Shown here piece after piece: positions 18,232 to 28,435 of a stretch of DNA of 64,000 nucleotides (position 1 is its first letter; every line of letters starts with the position of its first letter). The DNA lies in the NCBI GenBank assembly GCA_041677865.1, contig JBAYPE010000004.1, positions 5,203 to 69,202 on the forward strand, written 5' to 3'. The translations under genes and the position numbers were made by a program. The notes beneath the pieces are model-generated. The model ran no database searches. It had not been told where the DNA came from and saw nothing but the letters and a program-made list of their open reading frames with translations. The stretch is from Flavobacteriaceae bacterium (GTDB lineage Bacteria; Bacteroidota; Bacteroidia; Flavobacteriales; Flavobacteriaceae).

Positions 18232-19065
18232 CTAAAACCAATCTTTTATTTCGATATTTGATTCTAAATGTTCTTCTAACGTATCTTCGAGAAAATGAAA
18301 AAAATCAATATTCGTAAGGTTTTCGATACTATCTGTGGTTACTAAATATTTGTTGAGTTTTTTTCTTTTTTCCTCTTTGTGAGGAATTAGATAAGCACAC
18401 ATTCGATATTTTTTTTCGTTGTGATGAAGTAATATTTTGTAGAAATATTTAGGTACAGTAACTTTTTCTGTTCCGATTGTTTCTAAATCATCAGTGAGCA
18501 CTCCACCGGTTACTATATAGACTTTTCCGTTTCTCCGTACAAAATTCCGAATTCGCATTTCTAAACTGTTCCAAATTCCCGTATTGAGTTCGTACAGTTG
18601 AGGTGATACGTTTGAGGTATAAAAAGTTTCGTCATAAGCCTCTTTTGAAAACACTCTATCTCCTGCCGGAAGCAGATGTCCTCTGGTATAACCTGAGTTT
18701 TTGTAATTACTCCAATGAGCCGATTCTGTTGAAACTTTCGGGTCTTGACTAAAGTAAGGTCTTTTATGTTTACCACCTGAAATATGTTCGGGTTTTAGCT
18801 CATAAGCTACCCATTCGGCTTGTTCGTGTTTTTCGGAATAAGACAAATAATAGGTAGTGTGTTCGATAATTTGATTGGTGGTCGAAGTAGGCAGAAAATA
18901 AACACTGTTAGTCGTCGGATATTCTTGCTTTGATGTTTGCGAAAGAGATTGTTCTGTATTGAAAGGTAGAAAACCAAAATCAACTTTATTAACAATAAAA
19001 AGTGCGATAAAAGCTAAGGCAACAAAAAGGTAATACTTCTTACTTTTGGGTTTGTGTTGTAGCAT
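18232..19065 (-). CDS. DNA/RNA non-specific endonuclease (NucA/EndoG-like), membrane-anchored or secreted
   Basis: 277 aa. N-terminal hydrophobic anchor. Active-site SGYTRGHLLPAGD (DRGH-type beta-beta-alpha-Me motif). Confidence 0.85.
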   Translation of the reverse strand: MLQHKPKSKKYYLFVALAFIALFIVNKVDFGFLPFNTEQSLSQTSKQEYPTTNSVYFLPTSTTNQIIEHTTYYLSYSEKHEQAEWVAYELKPEHISGGKHKRPYFSQDPKVSTESAHWSNYKNSGYTRGHLLPAGDRVFSKEAYDETFYTSNVSPQLYELNTGIWNSLEMRIRNFVRRNGKVYIVTGGVLTDDLETIGTEKVTVPKYFYKILLHHNEKKYRMCAYLIPHKEEKRKKLNKYLVTTDSIENLTNIDFFHFLEDTLEEHLESNIEIKDWF

Positions 19066-19143
19066 AGTAAATTATTCTCTGACAAAACTAAGAAAAACAT
19101 TTTAATAAAGTCTGGTACAGACTTTTCTATATAGAATCAAATC

Positions 19144-19194
19144 GTAAATAAAAACTTTGAACTGAGAATCTGTTAGGACTTTCGGTTCAAAGTT
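19144..19194 (-). terminator. Terminator after glyQS
   Basis: AACTTTGAAC / GTTCAAAGTT 10-bp stem with a 22-nt loop. Read on the minus strand it is followed by TTTTTATTT. Confidence 0.6.
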
Positions 19195-19231
19195 AAAAAT
19201 AGTTTGTTTTAAAAAATATGTTCTGTCTTTT

Positions 19232-20773
19232 TTAAATCCTGTTTAGCCAACTCTTGAAACTTACTTCTTTTTCTACAAGAGCGTTTATTTCCGAAATTTT
19301 CACTCGTTCTTGTAGCATAGTATCTCTGTAGCGAATGGTTACGGTTTGGTCTTCCAAAGTTTGATGATCAACAGTTACACAAAACGGAGTTCCCAAAGCG
19401 TCCTGTCTTCTGTAACGTCTTCCAACAGCATCTTTTTCGTCATACGAGACATTGAAATCCCATTTTAAATCGTTTATGATTTGCTGAGCAATTTCAGGTA
19501 GTCCGTCTTTTTTAACAAGCGGAAGAATAGCTACTTTGGTAGGAGCCAAGACAGCAGGAAGTTTTAAAACCGTACGTACCGAACCATCTTCAAGAATTTC
19601 TTCGGTTAGAGCTTTTGAGAAAACAGCCAAGAACAATCGGTCTAATCCGACTGAAGTTTCTACTACATAGGGGACATAGCTTTTATTGGTTTCTGTGTCG
19701 AAGTATTGCAGTTTTTTTCCTGAATGTTGTTCGTGAGCCTTTAAATCAAAATCCGTTCTGGAATGGATTCCTTCTAATTCTTTGAAACCAAACGGAAAAT
19801 TAAATTCTATATCTGCAGCAGCATTGGCATAGTGGGCTAATTTTTCGTGGTCGTGAAAGCGATAATTTTCTTCGCCTAATCCTAATGACAAATGCCACTT
19901 CAGACGGTTTTCTTTCCAGTAATGGTACCATTTTATTTCCTCTCCAGGTTTTACGAAAAATTGCATTTCCATTTGCTCAAACTCTCTCATTCTGAAGATG
20001 AACTGTCGGGCAACAATTTCATTCCTGAAGGCTTTCCCGGTTTGGGCAATTCCGAACGGAATTTTCATTCTTCCTGTTTTTTGTACATTTAGGAAATTTA
20101 CAAAAATTCCCTGTGCTGTTTCCGGACGCAGGTATAAATCCATGGCATTTTCAGCAGAAGCCCCTAATTTTGTACCGAACATCAGGTTGAACTGTCGAAT
20201 ATCTGTCCAGTTTTTCGAACCGGTTTCCGGGTCTGCAATTCCCAATTCTTCGATTAGGCTTTTGACGTCAGCCAAATCTCCATTATCGAGTCCTTTTGCC
20301 ATTCGTTGCAAAATGTCTTTTTGTTGTTTGATATATCCTGAAACACGTTCGTTGGTTGTTTTATATTGTTGTTCATCAAAAGCCTCTCCGAATCGGGTTC
20401 TGGCTTTTTCGATTTCTTTTTGTGCTTTCAGGTTGATTTTTTCGCAATAATCTTCAATCAATACATCGGCTCTGTATCGTTTTTTAGAATCTTTGTTGTC
20501 AATAAGGGGGTCATTAAAGGCATCGACGTGTCCGGAAGCCTTCCAAGTGGTTGGGTGCATCAGTATGGCAGCATCAATTCCTACGATGTTTTCGTGGAGT
20601 TGTACCATAGCTTTCCACCAGTATTCGCGTATATTTTTTTTGAGTTCTACTCCGTTTTGAGCATAATCATACACTGCACTCAATCCGTCATATATTTCGC
20701 TTGACGGAACAATATATCCGTACTCTTTTGCGTGAGAAATCACATTTTTGAATAAGTCTTCTTGTTTTGCCAT
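19232..20773 (-). CDS. glyQS: Glycine--tRNA ligase (homodimeric class II type)
   Basis: 513 aa. LRPETAQGIFVNF, FRNEIVARQFIFRMREFEQMEMQFF. Confidence 0.95.
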   Translation of the reverse strand: MAKQEDLFKNVISHAKEYGYIVPSSEIYDGLSAVYDYAQNGVELKKNIREYWWKAMVQLHENIVGIDAAILMHPTTWKASGHVDAFNDPLIDNKDSKKRYRADVLIEDYCEKINLKAQKEIEKARTRFGEAFDEQQYKTTNERVSGYIKQQKDILQRMAKGLDNGDLADVKSLIEELGIADPETGSKNWTDIRQFNLMFGTKLGASAENAMDLYLRPETAQGIFVNFLNVQKTGRMKIPFGIAQTGKAFRNEIVARQFIFRMREFEQMEMQFFVKPGEEIKWYHYWKENRLKWHLSLGLGEENYRFHDHEKLAHYANAAADIEFNFPFGFKELEGIHSRTDFDLKAHEQHSGKKLQYFDTETNKSYVPYVVETSVGLDRLFLAVFSKALTEEILEDGSVRTVLKLPAVLAPTKVAILPLVKKDGLPEIAQQIINDLKWDFNVSYDEKDAVGRRYRRQDALGTPFCVTVDHQTLEDQTVTIRYRDTMLQERVKISEINALVEKEVSFKSWLNRI

Positions 20774-20831
20774 TTTATAATCAAAAATTAGTATGAGTTT
20801 GCGAAATTACAACAAATATAAAAAGTAACCT

Positions 20832-20863
20832 AAACAAAAAAACCACTCCTTTTGAGAGTGGTT
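20832..20863 (-). terminator. Terminator after rplT
   Basis: AACCACTC / GAGTGGTT stem with a 7-nt loop. Read on the minus strand it is followed by T7GTTT. Confidence 0.75.
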
Positions 20864-20898
20864 TTCGGTATAAGATTAAGTAATTGTTTGTTAGACGA

Positions 20899-21243
20899 TT
20901 ATTTTACTTTGTTTACGATTGCTGCAAAAGCTTCCGGGTGGTTCATTGCCAAATCGGCAAGAACTTTACGGTTAAGTTCGATTCCATTTGCTTTTACTTT
21001 CCCCATAAACTGAGAGTAAGACATTCCGTGAAGTCTTGCACCAGCATTGATACGGGTAATCCATAAAGCTCTGAAATTTCTCTTTTTCTGCTTTCTGTCA
21101 CGGTAAGCATATTGCATTGCTTTTTCTACCGCATTTTTGGCAACTGTCCAAACATTTTTACGTCTTCCAAAGTAACCTTTGGCTTGTTTTAAAACTTTTT
21201 TTCTACGTGCTCTTTTAGCAACTGAATTTACTGATCTAGGCAT
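20899..21243 (-). CDS. rplT: 50S ribosomal protein L20
   Basis: 114 aa. [30 protein letters not shown]. Confidence 0.98.
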   Translation of the reverse strand: MPRSVNSVAKRARRKKVLKQAKGYFGRRKNVWTVAKNAVEKAMQYAYRDRKQKKRNFRALWITRINAGARLHGMSYSQFMGKVKANGIELNRKVLADLAMNHPEAFAAIVNKVK

Positions 21244-21402
21244 AATTCTTTTTGTTTTTTTGTAAAAGGCGTTTCTTATGTTTCAAGAAATCTTAGGTGC
21301 CTGTTACAGGGTTATTAAATTGTTTTAACCGACAATGATTTTTTGTTTAAAGTTCAATGTTTAAGGTTTAATGTTCTGAACACTAACTCCTGAACACACT
21401 GA

Positions 21403-21600
21403 TTAAACAAGTCTCAATTGTTCTTTTACGCTTCTTTCATCAGCTTGATCTACAAGTCCGGTATGAGTTAAAGCTAATTTACGCTTTTTAGATTTTTTAG
21501 TCAAAATATGACTTTTAAAAGCATGTTTTCTTTTGATTTTTCCTGTACCGGTTAGCTTGAAACGTTTCTTTGCTCCCGATTTGGTTTTCATTTTAGGCAT
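21403..21600 (-). CDS. rpmI: 50S ribosomal protein L35
   Basis: 65 aa. [33 protein letters not shown]. Confidence 0.97.
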   Translation of the reverse strand: MPKMKTKSGAKKRFKLTGTGKIKRKHAFKSHILTKKSKKRKLALTHTGLVDQADERSVKEQLRLV

Positions 21601-21685
21601 TTTCCTGCGTTTTATATAATTACTTAATCTTATCTTTTTTGTCTTAATGGCAACAGTTTGGCAACAGAGACATTATGACTTTTAA

Positions 21686-22243
21686 TTATTTCTTCTTTTT
21701 AGGAGCGATGTACATTGTCATACGCTTTCCTTCCAGAACAGGCATAGCCTCTACTTTTCCGAACTCTTCTAAATCTTGTGCTAATCTAAGCAATAGAATT
21801 TGTCCTTGCTCTTTATAAATAATAGACCGTCCTTTGAAGAACACAAACGCTTTGAGTTTTGAACCTTCTTTGAGAAACTTTTCTGCATTCTTTCTTTTGA
21901 ATTCATAATCGTGTTCATCGGTTTGAGGTCCGAATCTGATTTCCTTAACAGTAATTTGAGCGGATTTAGCTTTGATTTCCTTCTCTCTTTTCTTTTGTTC
22001 GTAAAGGAACTTTTTATAATCCATAATTTTGCAGACAGGCGGTTCTGCATTTGGTGAAATCTCTACCAAATCCAGTTCTAACTCTTCTGCCATTTTTAAG
22101 GCTTGTGGAGTTTTGTACACTCCCATCTCTACGTTATCTCCGACAAGTCTTATTTCCGGAACACGTATAAATTCATTAATTCTGTGAGGGTCTTTCTTTT
22201 CTACACGACCTTGAAATCCTCGTCTGTTGTGTCTTATTGCTAT
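21686..22243 (-). CDS. infC: Translation initiation factor IF-3, initiating at a non-AUG codon (ATA)
   Basis: The ORF track starts at an internal Met (22126). The same frame stays open upstream to a TAG and encodes the conserved IF3 N-terminus [38 protein letters not shown], with no ATG/GTG/TTG available. The first plausible start is ATA at 22243-22241. Confidence 0.85.
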   Translation of the reverse strand: MAIRHNRRGFQGRVEKKDPHRINEFIRVPEIRLVGDNVEMGVYKTPQALKMAEELELDLVEISPNAEPPVCKIMDYKKFLYEQKKREKEIKAKSAQITVKEIRFGPQTDEHDYEFKRKNAEKFLKEGSKLKAFVFFKGRSIIYKEQGQILLLRLAQDLEEFGKVEAMPVLEGKRMTMYIAPKKKK

Positions 22244-22298
22244 GGCTCTAAAATTTAAGTTAAACTCCTATTATTATTATTTGTTCAATTGTAAAAAA

Positions 22299-24245
22299 TT
22301 AAAACGGTTTTAATGTTTTACTAATTTCGTCATTGACAATTTTTATAAATTCTTCAATCGAAACCTTTGTGTTTCCTTTACCGTCTTGCCCTTGAATACG
22401 AAGTGAAATCGTGTTTGTTTTCTCTTCTTCCTCTCCTACAATGAGCATAAACGGTATTTTTTGCATTTCTGCTTCTCTGATTTTCTTTCCGATAGTTTCG
22501 TTTCGGTTGTCAATCAGGGTGCGAATTTCGTGATTTTCCAGCAAACTCAAAACTTTTTTTGCATAATTTTCGTATTTCTCACTCAAAGACAGGATTATAG
22601 CCTGAGTTGGCATGAGCCAAAGTGGGAAATTTCCTGCTGTATGCTCAAGCAAAATAGCTACGAAACGTTCCATCGAACCAAACGGTGCTCTGTGAATCAT
22701 TACCGGACGATGTAATTTGTCGTCTGAACCAACATAAGTCAAATCAAAACGTTCAGGAAGATTGTAATCTACCTGAATGGTTCCGAGTTGCCATTGTCTT
22801 CCTAGAGCATCTTTCACCATAAAATCCAATTTCGGACCATAGAAAGCTGCTTCTCCGGGCTCAATCACATAATTTAAACCTTTATCTTTTACTGCTGAAA
22901 TAATTGCATTTTCTGCTTTTTCCCAGTTCTCTACAGAACCAATATATTTGTCCGGATTATCTAAATCACGAACCGAAACTTGTGCTGTAAAGTTCTCAAA
23001 ACCAAGTGAACCGAATACGTAAAGAACCAAATCAATTACGTTTTTGAATTCTTCGTCCAATTGCTCTTGCATACAGAAAATATGGGCATCATCTTGCGTA
23101 AATCCTCTCACACGAGTAAGCCCGTGAAGCTCTCCCGATTGCTCATAACGATAAACCGTTCCGAATTCCGCATAGCGCTTTGGAAGGTCTTTGTATGACC
23201 AAGGTTTTGCTTTATAAATCTCACAGTGGTGAGGGCAGTTCATCGGTTTCAACAAAAATTCTTCACCTTCGTTTGGTGTATGAATCGGTTGGAAACTGTC
23301 TGCTCCGTATTTTGCATAGTGACCCGAAGTCACATAAAGTTCTTTGTGACCGATATGAGGTGTTACGACTTGCTCATATCCTGCTTTTTTCTGTGCTTTT
23401 TTCAAGAATTGCTCCAAACGATCACGAAGTGCAGCACCTTTTGGTAACCAAAGAGGTAACCCTTGCCCTACTCTTTGAGAGAAATGAAAAAGCTCTAATT
23501 CTTTTCCTAATTTTCTGTGATCACGTTTTTTGGCTTCTTCCAAAAATTGTATATATTCGGTCAGGTCTTTTTGTTTCGGGAACGAGATTCCGTACACTCT
23601 GGTGAGCTGTTTGTTTTTCTCGTCTCCTCTCCAATAAGCACCTGCAATACTCAAAATCTTAACCGCTTTGATGATTCCGGTGTTCGGGATATGACCTCCA
23701 CGGCACAAATCTGTAAAAGAGGAATGATCACAAAATGTAATGGTTCCGTCTTCCAGATTCTCGATAAGCTCGATTTTATAAGGGTTATTTTCTTTTTTAT
23801 AGAATTCCAAAGCTTCTGCTTTTGAAGCCGAACGCATTTTGAAATCGTGTTTTTCACGAGAAATTTCGAGCACACGGTCTTCGATTTTTTTGAAATCACT
23901 ATCAGAGATTTTGTTGTCTGCGAAATCGACATCATAATAAAAACCATTTTCTACAGCCGGACCAATGGTAAGTTTGATACCCGGATATAGCTCTTGTAAT
24001 GCTTGAGCCAAAACGTGTGACGTTGAATGCCAGAAAGCTTTTTTACCTTCTTTGTCATTCCATGTGTAAAGAACCAAAGATCCGTCGGTCGTGAGTGGTG
24101 TTTCTGTTTCAATAGTTGTACCATTGAAAGAAGCAGAAATCACGTTTCTAGCCAATCCTTCGCTTATACTTTTGGCAACCTCCATTGGGGTCGCTCCACT
24201 GTGAAACTCCTTAACTGAACCGTCAGGCAATGTAATCTTTATCAT
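22299..24245 (-). CDS. thrS: Threonine--tRNA ligase
   Basis: 648 aa. TGS domain, editing domain, class II core ([30 protein letters not shown]). Confidence 0.97.
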   Translation of the reverse strand: MIKITLPDGSVKEFHSGATPMEVAKSISEGLARNVISASFNGTTIETETPLTTDGSLVLYTWNDKEGKKAFWHSTSHVLAQALQELYPGIKLTIGPAVENGFYYDVDFADNKISDSDFKKIEDRVLEISREKHDFKMRSASKAEALEFYKKENNPYKIELIENLEDGTITFCDHSSFTDLCRGGHIPNTGIIKAVKILSIAGAYWRGDEKNKQLTRVYGISFPKQKDLTEYIQFLEEAKKRDHRKLGKELELFHFSQRVGQGLPLWLPKGAALRDRLEQFLKKAQKKAGYEQVVTPHIGHKELYVTSGHYAKYGADSFQPIHTPNEGEEFLLKPMNCPHHCEIYKAKPWSYKDLPKRYAEFGTVYRYEQSGELHGLTRVRGFTQDDAHIFCMQEQLDEEFKNVIDLVLYVFGSLGFENFTAQVSVRDLDNPDKYIGSVENWEKAENAIISAVKDKGLNYVIEPGEAAFYGPKLDFMVKDALGRQWQLGTIQVDYNLPERFDLTYVGSDDKLHRPVMIHRAPFGSMERFVAILLEHTAGNFPLWLMPTQAIILSLSEKYENYAKKVLSLLENHEIRTLIDNRNETIGKKIREAEMQKIPFMLIVGEEEEKTNTISLRIQGQDGKGNTKVSIEEFIKIVNDEISKTLKPF

Positions 24246-24411
24246 ACGTTCGTTAGAAAAAAATTTAAGAGTGCAAATATACTAAGAAAATACGGAATAT
24301 TTAAACTTCCTTTTAAGGATAGAAAATATTTTGTAATGATGCTTCGAGATTGTGCATAATAATCTCTTTAAAAACACTCAAACAAAGGCAAATTTTATAT
24401 TCAAAAAAGCG

Positions 24412-24987
24412 TTAATTTTCTATTTTAAGTTTTAATAGTTTTTCTATTACAATGGGATAATTTTTGTGTTCCAAAGCAAGGATTTTAAGAGCGACTTCTT
24501 CGGGAGTTTGACAATCCTCGATGTTTACTTCTTTCTGAAAAATAATATTCCCTTTGTCATAATGTTCGTTTACGTAATGTATGGTCATTCCTGAAAACTT
24601 TTCTTTGTTTTGAAAAACAGCTTTGTGAATATTGAGTCCGTACATTCCTTTGCCTCCATAGTTTGGAAGTAGGGCAGGGTGGATGTTAACTATCTTAGCG
24701 GGGAAAATTTTTATCAGATACTCCGGAACTTTTAAGAGAAATCCAGCCAAAACAATCAGATCAGGATTGTATTTTTTTATTGAATCAAAAAATTTACGGT
24801 CTTGAAATTCGTCTTTAGAAAAAATTTCAAACGGAATTTTGTGATTTATTGCACGTTGTATAACTCCCGCATCGGGTTTGTTTGTAAATACAGCTACAAC
24901 TCTCGCAAAATCATCGTTCTGAAAGTGATTTATAATGGTTTCTGCATTAGAACCCGAGCCTGAAGCAAAAATTACAATATTTTTCAT
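24412..24987 (-). CDS. purN: Phosphoribosylglycinamide formyltransferase
   Basis: MKNIVIFASGSGSNAE..., LIVLAGFL, NIHPALLP. I prefer the second Met (24987) to the ORF-track start at 25002. Confidence 0.9.
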   Translation of the reverse strand: MKNIVIFASGSGSNAETIINHFQNDDFARVVAVFTNKPDAGVIQRAINHKIPFEIFSKDEFQDRKFFDSIKKYNPDLIVLAGFLLKVPEYLIKIFPAKIVNIHPALLPNYGGKGMYGLNIHKAVFQNKEKFSGMTIHYVNEHYDKGNIIFQKEVNIEDCQTPEEVALKILALEHKNYPIVIEKLLKLKIEN

Positions 24988-25144
24988 GCCGCAAAAAAAC
25001 AAATAAATAAGCAGAAAATAAAGCGATTATACTTGTATTTTAAAATTATTTTTCTACTTTAGTGCCACATTTTTTTTTGAAAATAGCGATTTAAATAAAA
25101 TTTTCTATTTTTGCATCTTAATTCAAATACTAAAATAAAAAATT

Positions 25145-25381
25145 ATGTCAGACATTGCATCAAGAGTAAAAGCGATTATCGTTGACAAATTAGGCGTTGA
25201 CGAAAACGAAGTAGTAACAGAAGCAAGCTTCACAAACGATTTAGGAGCAGATTCTTTGGATACTGTTGAGCTAATCATGGAATTCGAAAAAGAATTTGAC
25301 ATTCAAATTCCGGACGACCAAGCAGAGAACATCGCAACTGTTGGTCAAGCAATCTCTTATATTGAAGAGGCTAAAAAGTAA
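25145..25381 (+). CDS. acpP: Acyl carrier protein
   Basis: 78 aa. Phosphopantetheine site [23 protein letters not shown] -7 box lies at 25106-25113. Confidence 0.98.
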   Translation: MSDIASRVKAIIVDKLGVDENEVVTEASFTNDLGADSLDTVELIMEFEKEFDIQIPDDQAENIATVGQAISYIEEAKK

Positions 25382-25390
25382 TTAACATAA

Positions 25391-25440
25391 ATACCTTACA
25401 CTTCTTAGGCGAAGTGTAAGGTATGTTGTTTTTTTGTTTT
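25391..25440 (+). terminator. Strong hairpin/terminator immediately after acpP
   Basis: ATACCTTACACTTC / GAAGTGTAAGGTAT 14-bp stem, 6-nt loop, then GTTGTTTTTTTGTTTT. Confidence 0.8.
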
Positions 25441-25559
25441 AGGGTTAAAAACCACATAGATTGTCAAAGTACAATCTGTAAAAGATACAAACTCATATTA
25501 GTCTAGTTTATACTGTCAGGATAATATGGGTTTTTTTAAATTTTTTTAAAATTCTGAAT

Positions 25560-26813
25560 ATGGCAATAAGACGAGTTGTAGTAACGGGGCTGGGAGCATT
25601 AACTCCGATAGGGAACAATATTGAAGCGTATTGGAACGGACTTATAAACGGAATAAGCGGTGCTGCACCTATTACTTATTTTGATGCGTCAAAATTTAAA
25701 ACACAATTTGCCTGTGAGATAAAAAACTTCAATGTAGAAGATTTTATTGACAGAAAAGAAGCTCGTAAAATGGATAAATATGCTCAGTATGCTATGATAA
25801 CAGCTACTGAAGCTATGGAAGATGCTGATTTTGATTTAGAAAAATTAGACTCGGACAGAGCAGGCGTTATTTGGGGTTCGGGAATTGGAGGTTTACAGAC
25901 TTTTCAGGATGAAGTAACTAATTTTAACCAAGGAGACGGAACTCCAAAATTCAACCCCTTTTTTATACCAAAAATGATTGCGGATATTGCAGGAGGACTT
26001 ATTTCGATGAAATACAGTCTTAGAGGTCCGAACTTTACAACCGTTTCAGCTTGTGCTTCTTCTACCAATGCAATTATTGATGCCTTTAATTACATCCGTT
26101 TAGGACATGCAGATGTTATCTTGACGGGAGGTTCGGAGGCAGCTGTGACCATTGCAGGAATTGGAGGTTTTAATGCAATGCATGCGCTTTCGACCAGAAA
26201 TGACAACCCAAAAACTGCTTCAAGACCAATGGACAAAGACCGCGACGGATTTGTTCTGGGAGAAGGAGCAGGGGCGTTAATTTTAGAAGAATACGAACAC
26301 GCAAAAGCAAGAGGAGCTAAGATATACTGCGAAATTGGAGGTGGAGGTATGTCGGCTGATGCACACCACATTACAGCACCGCATCCGGAAGGTTTCGGAG
26401 CAAGAAATGTGATGCTTAACTGTCTGAGAGATGCAGGATTAAAACCAACCGATGTAGATGGAGTAAATTTGCACGGAACTTCTACACCGCTTGGAGACAT
26501 TGCAGAATCAAAAGCTATTTTAGAAGTTTTCGGGGAGCACGCTTATAACCTGAATCTGAACTCTACCAAATCAATGACAGGACATTTGCTTGGAGCAACC
26601 GGAGCTATTGAAGCGATTTCGTGTATTTTGGCTATCAAAAACGGAATTGTTCCTCCAACTATCAACCATTTTACCGACGACGAAAACATCGACCCGAAAT
26701 TGAACTTTACTTTTAACAAAGCCCAAAAACGAGATGTAAAAGTTATGATGAGTAATACATTCGGATTCGGAGGACACAACGCTTGTGTACTTGTAAAAAA
26801 ATTAGAAATGTAA
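25560..26813 (+). CDS. fabF: 3-oxoacyl-ACP synthase II
   Basis: 417 aa. Active-site TVSACASS, and HGTSTPLGD / GHLLGATG His motifs. Confidence 0.97.
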   Translation: MAIRRVVVTGLGALTPIGNNIEAYWNGLINGISGAAPITYFDASKFKTQFACEIKNFNVEDFIDRKEARKMDKYAQYAMITATEAMEDADFDLEKLDSDRAGVIWGSGIGGLQTFQDEVTNFNQGDGTPKFNPFFIPKMIADIAGGLISMKYSLRGPNFTTVSACASSTNAIIDAFNYIRLGHADVILTGGSEAAVTIAGIGGFNAMHALSTRNDNPKTASRPMDKDRDGFVLGEGAGALILEEYEHAKARGAKIYCEIGGGGMSADAHHITAPHPEGFGARNVMLNCLRDAGLKPTDVDGVNLHGTSTPLGDIAESKAILEVFGEHAYNLNLNSTKSMTGHLLGATGAIEAISCILAIKNGIVPPTINHFTDDENIDPKLNFTFNKAQKRDVKVMMSNTFGFGGHNACVLVKKLEM

Positions 26814-26824
26814 CCTCTGTTAGA

Positions 26825-27565
26825 ATGAATATTCTACAAAAAATATTGAAAAACTCCCGTGCTGAAAAAGGCGGGAGTTTTTTTAAAAAAATTTATCAGA
26901 TTACAGGATTCAAACCAAAAAACATTGAAATTTACCAAAGAGCATTTACTCATAGTTCTGTAAACAAAACAGATGAAAACGGGCAAATAATCAGCTACGA
27001 AAGATTAGAGTTTTTGGGAGATGCTATGCTCGGAAGTGTAATTGCAGCGTATTTATTCAGAGAAGTTCCGAATCAGAACGAGGGTTATCTGACCAAAATG
27101 AGGGCTAAAATAGTAAGTCGCGAAAATCTCAATAATCTCGGAAAACAACTCGGACTCATCGAACTTATAACGAGTAAAGTTTCTCAAAAACATTTCGGAG
27201 AAAACATCTACGGGAATCTTTTTGAGGCCTTAGTTGGAGCTATTTATTTGGATAGAGGTTATCTTACTTGCGAAAAATTCATCAACAAAAAACTAATTAC
27301 ACCTTATGTAAATATCGAAAGATTAGAAGGAAAGATTATCAGTTACAAAAGTCTTTTGATTGAATGGTGTCAGAAACACAAAAAACATTTTGCCATCAGA
27401 GTTGAAGAAGAAAAAAGTGCCGAAGTTCAAAAACATTTTTCAGCACAACTTTTCATAGACGATAAAGTTGTATCGAAAGCTCGTGCTACTTCAAAAAAAA
27501 AGGCAGAAGAAACAGCCTCAAAAAGAGCTTATTTTGCTTTTCAGAAAGAGATTTTAAAGTCTTAA
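26825..27565 (+). CDS. rnc: Ribonuclease III
   Basis: ERLEFLGDAMLG signature and a C-terminal dsRBD. I prefer the Met at 26825 (MNILQK...) because the ORF-track start at 26783 overlaps fabF. Confidence 0.9.
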   Translation: MNILQKILKNSRAEKGGSFFKKIYQITGFKPKNIEIYQRAFTHSSVNKTDENGQIISYERLEFLGDAMLGSVIAAYLFREVPNQNEGYLTKMRAKIVSRENLNNLGKQLGLIELITSKVSQKHFGENIYGNLFEALVGAIYLDRGYLTCEKFINKKLITPYVNIERLEGKIISYKSLLIEWCQKHKKHFAIRVEEEKSAEVQKHFSAQLFIDDKVVSKARATSKKKAEETASKRAYFAFQKEILKS

Positions 27566-27611
27566 TTTGTCCACATCGTATTCCTTCTGGTCTTTTTTTC
27601 GGGACGATACC

Positions 27612-28391
27612 TTACTTTAAAAAAGTAACGATATTTTCTATAAGTTCGTCCGTGTTTTCAAGGTGAGACATGTGTCCGCTTTCGAGAGAAACGAGTTTGA
27701 CCTGAGTATTTTCGGTTTGATCTTTGTTATCTTCATAATTTAGGACCGAGTCTTCTGTTCCCAAAATCAACATCATAGGGTAGGGGGCAAAGTGAAGCAT
27801 TACCTCTCTGTCATTTCTGATTTTCATTCCCTCTAATGCTGCTATGATTCCTTGAATTGGAGTTTTCAGTGCTTGTTTTTTAACTTCTTCGATTTCTTTA
27901 GAGCGTTTTTTTCTGTTTTTTTCGGAAAAAAGATTGGTAATTGACATTTTTACGAAGGTAGAAAAATTTTGTTTTACAGCCTGAATAGCCCTATCCCGAT
28001 TGAGTCTTCTTTCGGCTGAATCTGCCCTGGCAGTAGAATTGACAAGAACTATTTTTTTGATAACATCAGGGTAGAGTTCGGCAAAAGCAAGAGCAACATA
28101 TCCACCCATAGAATGTCCGATAAGAGTAGCTTTTCGGATTTTATTTTCGTATAAAACAGCATAAACCATATCTGCTTGTTCTTCCATAGTGTGGATGTAT
28201 CCGATGCTTTCTGATTTTCCGTGTCCGAGTAAATCGAAAGCAAAAACCCGATGCTTTTTGGATAATTTATCGATTAAGAAATTCCACATCGTCTGATTTT
28301 CTAAAAACCCGTGGAGCAATACGACAACGGAGCCTTTTCCGTTGTCGGAATAATGAATTTCAGCTCCTTTATATAGTGTGAATTTTTCCAA
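27612..28391 (-). CDS. Alpha/beta-fold hydrolase
   Basis: 259 aa. HGFLEN oxyanion region and nucleophile elbow GHSMGG. Confidence 0.8.
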   Translation of the reverse strand: MEKFTLYKGAEIHYSDNGKGSVVVLLHGFLENQTMWNFLIDKLSKKHRVFAFDLLGHGKSESIGYIHTMEEQADMVYAVLYENKIRKATLIGHSMGGYVALAFAELYPDVIKKIVLVNSTARADSAERRLNRDRAIQAVKQNFSTFVKMSITNLFSEKNRKKRSKEIEEVKKQALKTPIQGIIAALEGMKIRNDREVMLHFAPYPMMLILGTEDSVLNYEDNKDQTENTQVKLVSLESGHMSHLENTDELIENIVTFLK

Positions 28392-28435
28392 AGTTCCCCT
28401 TGATTTATAAAACAGGGCAAAATTACAGTTTAATT

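Noticed and set aside
18232-19065. The NucA/EndoG-like nuclease as a toxin or restriction component.
   Set aside because: It has an N-terminal anchor or signal typical of exported non-specific nucleases. No immunity or methylase gene is adjacent, and it sits tightly between lnt and glyQS.
26090-26500. A 136-aa minus-strand ORF inside fabF, and many similar track entries (for example 1487-1714, 2495-2707, 12697-13020, 15447-15800, 19998-20450, 23180-23605, 35629-36003, 40988-41359, 49902-50204, 52012-52401, 57099-57434, 57591-57941).
   Set aside because: All lie wholly inside long ORFs that carry unmistakable family signatures, either antisense or out of frame. Their translations are low complexity with no recognisable motifs, which is typical of shadow ORFs.
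26783-26824. N-terminal extensions suggested by the ORF track for rnc (26783), purN (25002), rlmD (51181), tsaD (53814), lysA (31495, TTG) and the P-loop protein (29460, TTG).
   Set aside because: The extensions are hydrophobic or odd peptides that overlap upstream genes or promoters. Internal Met codons give N-termini matching the conserved family starts (MNILQK, MKNIVIFASG, MSRKNKK, MVNQPVYILAIESS, MNSQNLL, MQQKEIVLL). The exact starts remain unverified.
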